Shown one piece after another: positions 56,201-64,000 of a stretch of DNA of 64,000 nt. Made by a program: the position numbers and the translations under genes. The stretch covers positions 1-64,000 of the forward strand of contig NIVC01001012.1 of NCBI GenBank assembly GCA_002269645.1, given 5' to 3'. Numbering within the stretch: the first letter of the stretch is position 1; every line of letters begins with the position of its first letter. Under the pieces are notes generated by a model that was not told the origin of the DNA, ran no database searches, and saw nothing but the letters and a program-made list of their open reading frames with translations. Origin of the DNA: Macrostomum lignano. Its lineage: Eukaryota.

Positions 56201-56563
56201 CGGCTGCCTCAGCTGCATCACAAGCCACCGAGGCCCGGACCGCACAGCAGCAGGGAATCGGTTTGTCTCTGACTGCCGACTCTCCCACCAACGGCAGTGC
56301 GCACCGCTGGGTTGCCAGGTGCGCAGAACGTCAGCCCTGCTCAGCTGCACTGTCGCTGCAACATGTTTGTTAAAATAAACCCAGCTTTCGTGCCCAGCGC
56401 ATAAAAAAACGGTTGATAAAGAGTTTGCTTCAAGTTCTTGGCCAAACTTTTCTTGCTTACGATTTCTGTTGACTGCAGTTTGTGTGCAGTTTGAGAACGC
56501 CTTGATGAACTGCAGACTGAAAACTAGAAATAGCAGAGGCGTCCTGCACCGCCAGTAAGCCAT
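50201..56563 (-). CDS. Ig-like/discoidin-like single-pass receptor paralog 3: 12 exons, possible frame break at the start of the TM exon
   Basis: Exons 56461-56563 (signal), 56167-56355, 55581-55741, ~55412-55484, ~55153-55328, ~54945-55088 (HDATLSC), ~54710-54867, ~53947-54127, ~53053-53219, ~52845-52980, ~52550-52800 (TM IFVSIFLLAVAVSAIGVGCKL), 50201-50359 (...HYELDGSTFVYYR*). Phases parallel paralog 2, except that I could not find an in-frame acceptor for the TM exon. Confidence 0.7.
50393..52093. repeat. 21-23-bp minisatellite in the last intron of paralog 3
   Basis: ATGTCTAACAGCTGACACACGG units with internal block duplications. Confidence 0.96.
53287..53429. repeat. 18-bp tandem repeat x8 next to a SINE tail
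   Basis: CCCATTGAGTACACCTTG units. Confidence 0.95.
53445..53746 (-). mobile_element. tRNA-Met-derived CORE-like SINE
   Basis: Head AGCCTAGTGGTTAGAGCATCGGATTCATAACTTGAAGGTCGGGGGTTCG resembles elongator tRNA-Met (CAT loop); body matches the other copies. Confidence 0.85.
54145..54650. repeat. 17-bp minisatellite in intron 7 of paralog 3
   Basis: AACAGTCAGCAGTAATT units. Confidence 0.96.
55762..56098. repeat. 39-bp intronic minisatellite, ~8 units
   Basis: Same unit as at 2452 and 11703. Confidence 0.95.
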
Positions 56564-57619
56564 TTTGGCGTTGCAGTTTATTCACAAATGCTGACGGTTG
56601 AAAACGTCATGGCTGAAAATCGTTTTATTTTTTAATTGATTTCATACAGGTGTTTCACGCAGTCGCAGAAACGACTGGTCTTGGACTGGTTAATTCCGAG
56701 TGGGTGTCTCTGCAATCGCAACGTCTAAAATAAGTATACAGCCATCTAAATTGGGTTTAATTTAATTATATTTATAATTTCTTGGATTCAGTTGAAATGA
56801 AACTTGATCCAAATTGGATCGCTACTTGTTGATAATTTCGTCTCCGAAAGCGGCCAAATTGACTGTAATTGGATTGCAAGCACATGTAAACCAGGGGTCA
56901 AAACATCCGAGATAGTTTATGTATTTATATTAGCATTTCACTTGGAAGAACTATTATGCCCTCGAATATTTACGCCTGTAGCTATTAACAAGAAGAGAGT
57001 TTTCTGTCCAAAAAAAACTATCCTAAGGTCATCCTTCCTATATACTAAAAATGAGTTGTCTGTGGGTATGCGATAGATTTCAGAAAAATTGGCTCAACCA
57101 ATTTTCTTCAAACTTGCACCATTCGATCAGAAATTTTCCTGGGACGGTACATGCATATTGGCTAAGAAATTGCTCAATGTTAAAGGGATTAAATATTCGA
57201 AAAACATGCTTTTTTGCAAAGGTCAAGCAGCTCTTTCGACCTGAAATGCATTGTAAGAATGCTAGAGAAAAAACTGACTGACTGAATTCCAATTGTGATA
57301 AAGGTTGCATAACAACAAGTTGAAAACAGTACCGAAGAAATGCACACACGACTTGATTGAAATTGCGTAACCATATTGCTAACTTAAATTAAGACTGATA
57401 CTGGCTGACTGAGAAATTGATTATGTCATAACTTTCTACTCCAATTGACTTGCTATAAGAATTGAATTATAAGGGCCACAATTCATGTTCTCCAATTGAA
57501 AAGAGATAGCCCTGATGCGAACAGACTGGAATGCTAATGTAGCAACCTGGGTTCGAATCTTAGTAGTGCAAAAAAGATTTTTTTTATTAAAACACCTTAA
57601 AAACACAAAACTGCTAAAC

Positions 57620-60600
57620 ATAAAAGAAGCGCAATGTCAAACATAGAAGAGCCACCATGTCAAACATTAAAGAGCCAACATATCGAACATAAAAGAGTTA
57701 CCATGTCAAACATAAAAGAGCCACCATGTCAAACCTAAACGAGCCACCATGTCTAATACCACCTCTCGTATTTAAGAGGCACCATGTAAAACATATAAGT
57801 GACTTTATGTCAAACATAAAAGAGCCACCATTTCGAACATTAAAGAGCCACCATTTCGAACATTAAAGAGCCACCATGTCGACCATAAAGGAGCTAACAT
57901 GTCAAACATAAAAGAGCTAACATGTCAAACATAAAAGAGCTAACATGTCGAACATAAAGAGCCACCATGTCAAACATTTAAGAGCCACCATGTCAAACAT
58001 ATATGTGACTTTGTGTCAAACATTAAAGAGCCACCATTTCGAACATTAAAGAGCCACCATGTCAAACATGAAAGAGCTATAACATGAAGAATATTAAAGA
58101 GCCACCATGTTGAACATAAAAGAGCCGCCATGTAAAATATTAAAGAGCTACCATGTTAAACATAAAAGAGCCACAATGTAAAACATTAAAGAGCCACCAT
58201 GTTAAAAATTTAAGAGCCTTCGTGTCAAACCTAGAAGAGCCACCATGTCGAACATAACAGAGCTACCATGTCAAACATTAAAGAGCCACCATGTCAAACA
58301 TTCAAAAGCCACATTGTCAAATATTAAAGAGCCACCATGTCAAACATAAAAGAGCCAACATGTCAGACATTAAAAAATCCACCGTATCAAATATAAAAGA
58401 GTTACCATGTAGAACAAAAAAGAGCCACCATTTCGAACAAAAAAGAGGCACCATGTCAAACATAAAAGAGCCAACATGTCAAACATTTATGTGACTTTAT
58501 GTCAAATGTTAAAGAGCCACCATTTCGAACATAACAGAGCTACCATGTCAAACATTAAAGAGCCACCATGTCAAACATAAAAGAGCCACCATGTAAAACA
58601 TTAAAGAGCCACCATGTCAAACATTAAAGAGCCACCATGTCGAACATTAAAGAGCCACCATGTCAAACATAAAAGAGCCACCATGTCAAACCTAAACGAG
58701 CCACCATGTCTAATACCACCTCTCGTATTTAAGAGGCACCATGTAAAACATATAAGTGACTTTATGTCAAACATAAAAGAGCCACCATTTCGAACATTAA
58801 AGAGCCACCATTTCAAACATTAAAGAGCCACCATGTCGACCATAAAGGAGCTAACATGTCAAACATAAAAGAGCTAACATGTCAAACATAAAAGAGCTAA
58901 CATGTCAAACATAAAGAGCCACCATGTCAAACATTTAAGAGCCACCATGTCAAACATATATGTGACTTTGTGTCAAACATTAAAGAGCCACCATTTCGAA
59001 CATTAAAGAGCCACCATGTCAAACATGAAAGAGCTATAACATGAAGAATATTAAAGAGCCACCATGTTGAACATAAAAGAGCCGCCATGTAAAATATCAA
59101 AGAGCTACCATGTTAAACATAAAAGAGCCACAATGTAAAACATTAAAGAGCCACCATGTTAAAAATTTAAGAGCCTTCGTGTCAAACCTAGAAGAGCCAC
59201 CATGTCGAACATAACAGAGCTACCATGTCAAACATTAAAGAGCCACCATGTCAAACATTCAAAAGCCACATTGTCAAATATTAAAGAGCCACCATGTCAA
59301 ACATAAAAGAGCCAACATGTCAGACATTAAAAAATCCACCGTATCAAATATAAAAGAGTTACCATGTAGAACAAAAAAGAGCCACCATTTCGAACAAAAA
59401 AGAGGCACCATGTCAAACATAAAAAAGCCAACATGTCAAACATTTATGTGACTTTATGTCAAATGTTAAAGAGCCACCATTTCGAACATAACAGAGCTAC
59501 CATGTCAAACATTAAAGAGCCACCATGTCAAACATAAAAGAGCCACCATGTAAAACATTAAAGAGCCACCATGTCAAACATTAAAGAGCCACCATGTCGA
59601 ACATTAAAGAGCCACCATGTCGAACATAACAGAGCCAACATGTCAAACCTAAACGAGCCACCATGTCTAATACCACCTCTCGTATTTAAGAGGCACCATG
59701 TAAAACATATAAGTGACTTTATGTCAAACATAAAAGAGCCACCATTTCGAACATTAAAGAGCCACCATTTCAAACATTAAAGAGCCACCATGTCGACCAT
59801 AAAGGAGCTAACATGTCAAACATAAAAGAGCTAACATGTCAAACATAAAAGAGCTAACATGTCAAACATAAAGAGCCACCATGTCAAACATTTAAGAGCC
59901 ACCATGTCAAACATATATGTGACTTTGTGTCAAACATTAAAGAGCCACCATTTCGAACATTAAAGAGCCACCATGTCAAACATGAAAGAGCTATAACATG
60001 AAGAATATTAAAGAGCCACCATGTTGAACATAAAAGAGCCGCCATGTAAAATATCAAAGAGCTACCATGTTAAACATAAAAGAGCCACAATATAAAACAT
60101 TAAAGAGCCACCATGTTAAAAATTTAAGAGCCTTCGTGTCAAACCTAGAAGAGCCACCATGTCGAACATAACAGAGCTACCATGTCAAACATTAAAGAGC
60201 CACCATGTCAAACATTTAAGAGCCACCATGTCAAACATATATGTGACTTTGTGTCAAACATTAAAGAGCCACCATTTCGAACATTAAAGAGCCACCATGT
60301 CAAACATGAAAGAGCTATAACATGAAGAATATTAAAGAGCCACCATGTTGAACATAAAAGAGCCGCCATGTAAAATATTAAAGAGCCACCATGTTGAAAA
60401 TTTAAGAGCCTTCGTGTCAAACCTAGAAGAGCCACCATGTCGAACATAACAGAGCTACCATGTCAAACATTAAAGAGCCACCATGTCAAACATTCAAAAG
60501 CCACATTGTCAAATATTAAAGAGCAAGAGCCACTATGTCAAACATTTAGGAGCCACTTTGTCAAACATTAAAGAGCCACCATGTCAAACATAAAAGAGCC

Positions 60601-61915
60601 AACATGTCAGACATTAAAAAATCCACCGTATCAAATATAAAAGAGTTACCATGTAGAACAAAAAAGAGCCACCATTTCGAACAAAAAAGAGCCACCATGT
60701 CAAGCATAAAAGAGCCAACATGTCAAACATTTATGTGACTTTATGTCAAATGTTAAAGAGCCACCATTTCGAACATAACAGAGCTACCATGTCAAACATT
60801 AAAGAGCCACCATGTCAAACATAAAAGAGCCACCATGTAAAACATTAAAGAGCCACCATGTCAAACATTAAAGAGCCACCATGTCGAACACTAAAGAGCC
60901 ACCATGTCGAATATTAAAGACCACCATGTCAAACATTAAAGAGCCACCATGTCAAACATTAAAACTCACCATGTTAAACAATAAAGAGCCACCATATCAA
61001 GCATAAAAGAGCCACCATGTCAAACCTAAAAGAGCCACCATGTCGAAAATTTAAGAGCCAAAATTTAGAATATAAAAGAGCCACCATGTGTACCATATAA
61101 GTGACTTTATGTCAAACATTTAAGAGCCACCATGTTAAACCTAAAAGAGCCACCATGTTAAACCTAAAAGAGCCACCATGTTAAACCTAAAAGAGCCATC
61201 ATGTCAAACATTAAAGAGCCACCATGCCACACATAAGGGAGCCACCATGTCCAACATATATGTGACTCCATGTCAAACATTTAAGAGCCACCATGTCAAA
61301 CATTAAAGAGCCACCATGTCAAACATTAAATGGCCACCATGTCGAACATAAAAGAGCCACCATGTCAAACATTAAATGGCCACCATGTCGAACATAAAAG
61401 AGCCACCATGTCAAACATATACGTGACTCCATGTCAAACATAAAAGAGCCACCATGTTGAACATTAAAGAGCCACCATGTCAAACATATACGTGACTCCA
61501 TGTCAAACATAAAAGAGCCACCATGTTGAACATTAAAGAGCCACCATGTCAAACATATACGTGACTTATGTCGAAAATTAAAGAGCCATCATGTCAAACA
61601 CAAAAAAGCTACCATGTCAAACATAGAAGAGACACCATATCAAACATAGAAGAGCCACCATGTAAAACATAAAAGAGCCACCATGTCGAACATTAAAGAG
61701 CCATCATGTAAGACATAAAAGAGCCATCATGTCAGACATAAAAGAGCCACCATGTCGAACATAAAAGAGCCACCATGTGAAACATATATGTGACTCCATG
61801 TCAAACATTAAAGAGCCATCTTGTCGAACACAAAAAAGCCACCATGTCAAAAATTTATGAGCCACCATTTCAAACATAAAAGAGACACCGTTTCAAACAT
61901 AAAAAGAAGTGTCAT
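57620..61915. repeat. 23-bp satellite (TAAAGAGCCACCATGTCAAACAT) with a 957-bp higher-order repeat
   Basis: The marker AAACCTAAACGAGCC...TAATACCACCTCTCG recurs at 57731, 58688 and 59645. Duplicated ORFs are offset by 957. Confidence 0.95.
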
Positions 61916-61974
61916 GCCAAACAAAATGGAGCCACTATAAAGCTAAGGATATTGTTGCACTATCTACTTGTTCT

Positions 61975-62365
61975 CTGGTGGATGCTTGCTATTTAAGGAT
62001 GGATGCTTGCTATCAGTGGATGCTTGCTATCAGGGGGATGCTTGCTATCGGAAGGATGCTTGCTACTGGGGTAACTTGCTATTGGGAGATGCTTGCTCTT
62101 GGGGGGGGTGGTGGAGGGTACTTGCTATCTGAGAGGGGGTTGCTAGATATCTATAAGGTATCTTTGTATCCAGGTTCTGCTTGCTATCTGGGGTTTTTTG
62201 CGGTCTGGGGATGCTTGCTATCTGGGGGATGCTTGCTATCGGGGGGATGCTTGCTATCTGGGGTTGCTTGCTATCGAGGGTTGCTTGCTATCAGGGGATG
62301 CTTGCTCTCTGGGGGATGCTTGCTATTTGGGGATCGATGCTTGAATGCTGTCTGAGGATGCTTGC
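61975..62365. repeat. ~19-21-bp subterminal minisatellite of the Helitron
   Basis: GGGGGATGCTTGCTATCT units. Confidence 0.9.
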
Positions 62366-62499
62366 TGTCTTGGGATGTTTTGTTTTTAGAGGGATTGTCT
62401 TTAGTTTTTTATGAAGGCTTTGTTTCGCTGTCTATTTGTTTTTTATAAAGAACAAGGATTCTATCCAGATGTCCCCCATCGGGGGGCGAAGATTGCTAG

Positions 62500-64000
62500 T
62501 ATATACTAAAAATAAGTTGTCTGTGGGTATGTGGGTATGTGGGTATGCGATAGATTTCAGAAAAATTGGCTCAACCGATTTTCTTTAAACTTGCACCATT
62601 CGATCAGAAATTTTCCTGGGACGGTACATGCATCTTGGCTAAGAAATTGCTCAATGTTAAAGGGATTAAATATTCGAAAAACATGCTTTTTTGCAAAGGT
62701 CAAGCAGCTCTTTCGACCTGAAATGCATTGTAAGAATGCTAGAGAAAAAACTGACTGAATTTCAATTCTGATAAAGATTGCATCACAACAAGTTGAAAAC
62801 AGTGCCGAAGAAATGCACACACGACTTGATTTAAATTGCGTAACCAATATTGCTAACTTGAAGTGAGACTGATACTGGCTGACTGAGAAATTGATTATGT
62901 CATTACTTTTTACTTTAATTGACTTGCTGTAAGAATTGAATTATAAGGGCCACAATTCATGTACTCCAATTGAAAAGAGATAGCCTAGATACGAACAGAC
63001 TGGACTGCTAACGTAGCGACCTGGGTTCGAATCTTAGCAGTGCAAAATAATTTTTTTATAAAACACCTTGAAAACACGAAACTGCTAAACATAAAAAAGC
63101 ACAATGTGAAACATAAAAGAGGCACCATGTCAAACATTACATGGTCACCATGTAAAACATATACGTGACTCTATGTCAAACATTAAAGAGCCGCCATGTA
63201 AAACATTTAAGAGCCATCATGTGAAACAATAAAAAGCCACTTTGTCTAATATTAAAGAGCCACCATGTCAAACATAGAAGAGCCACCATGTCAGACATTG
63301 AAAAGCCACTTTGTCTAACATTAAAGAGCCACCATGTCAAACAATAAAAAGCCACTTTGTCTAATATTAAAGAGCCACCATGTCAAACATAGAAGAGCCA
63401 CCATGTCAGATATTAAAAAGCCACCGTATCAAACATAAAAGAGTTACCATGTAGAACAAAAAAGAGCCACCATGTCAAACATTTAAGAGCTACCATGTCA
63501 AACATTAAAGAGCCACTATGTCAAAACATAAAAGTGCCAGCATGTCAAACCTAAAAGAGCCACCCTGTCAAACATAAAAGAGCCACCATTTCGAACATTA
63601 AAGAGCCACCATTTCAAACTGTAAAGAGCCACCATGTCAAACATAAAAGAGCCACCATGTCAAACATTAAAAAGCCACTTTGTCTAACATTAACGAGCCA
63701 CCATGTCAAACAATAAAAAGCCACTTTGTCTAATATTAAAGAGCCACCATGTCAAACATAGAAGAGCCACCATGTCAGACATTGAAAAGCCACTTTGTCT
63801 AACATTAAAGAGCCACCATGTCGAACATTAAAGAGCCACCATTTCAAACATAAAAGAGCCGCCATGTAAAACATTAAAGAGCCACATTGTCAAACATAAA
63901 AGAGCCACCATGTAAGACATTTAAGAGCCATCATGTGAAACATTTAAGAGCTACCATGTCAAACATTAAAGAGCCACCATGTCGAACATTAAAGAGCCAC
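62500..64000 (+). mobile_element. Non-autonomous Helitron, unit 2, head-to-tail with unit 1; runs off the window
   Basis: 62500-63095 repeats 57039-57620 (roughly 90% identical by eye), then the same 23-bp satellite starts at ~63095. Confidence 0.8.

Larger units (their letters stand above)
57032..62499 (+). mobile_element. Non-autonomous Helitron, unit 1 (5.47 kb), carrying internal satellite
   Basis: 5' A|TC...TATATACTAAAA start. 3' CCCCC-ATC-GGGGG hairpin (62473-62486) ~10 nt before CTAG (62496-62499), followed by T. No Rep/helicase ORF. Confidence 0.8.

Noticed and set aside
58291-62414. Short ORFs within the satellite and subterminal repeats
   Set aside because: Repeat-derived; no Rep/helicase or captured-gene motifs.

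Overview
Eukaryotic (animal) genomic DNA with short GT-AG introns and dense tandem repeats; no prokaryotic features or CRISPR arrays. The style suggests a free-living flatworm such as Macrostomum, which is an inference only. The window is mainly a minus-strand cluster of single-pass surface receptors whose exons I reconstructed by hand from splice sites and phases. There are three 12-exon paralogs (signal, discoidin-like, Ig-like domains, TM, Tyr-containing tail) at <1-3420, 6850-12553 and 50201-56563. There are four paralogs with CUB-like + C-type-lectin-like + TM domains at 14715-23133, 26881-29552, 31204-32920 and 45405-48047. The plus strand carries a secreted DNase II with a long acidic N-terminal extension (35905-37602) and a 2-exon WSC+PAN protein (39789-40531). 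Mobile DNA includes a tyrosine-recombinase retrotransposon in an intron (17696-21906), a 5'-truncated LINE inside a receptor TM exon, other LINE remnants, tRNA-Met/CORE-like SINEs, MITEs, and a head-to-tail non-autonomous Helitron pair carrying a 23-bp satellite (57032-64000). The most notable observations are: a near-identical exon2-intron-exon3 cassette shared between otherwise diverged receptor paralogs; the unusual short-TIR ends of the YR retroelement; the LINE that separates a TM from its Tyr tail; and the satellite-bearing tandem Helitron with an internal tRNA-like Pol III head.
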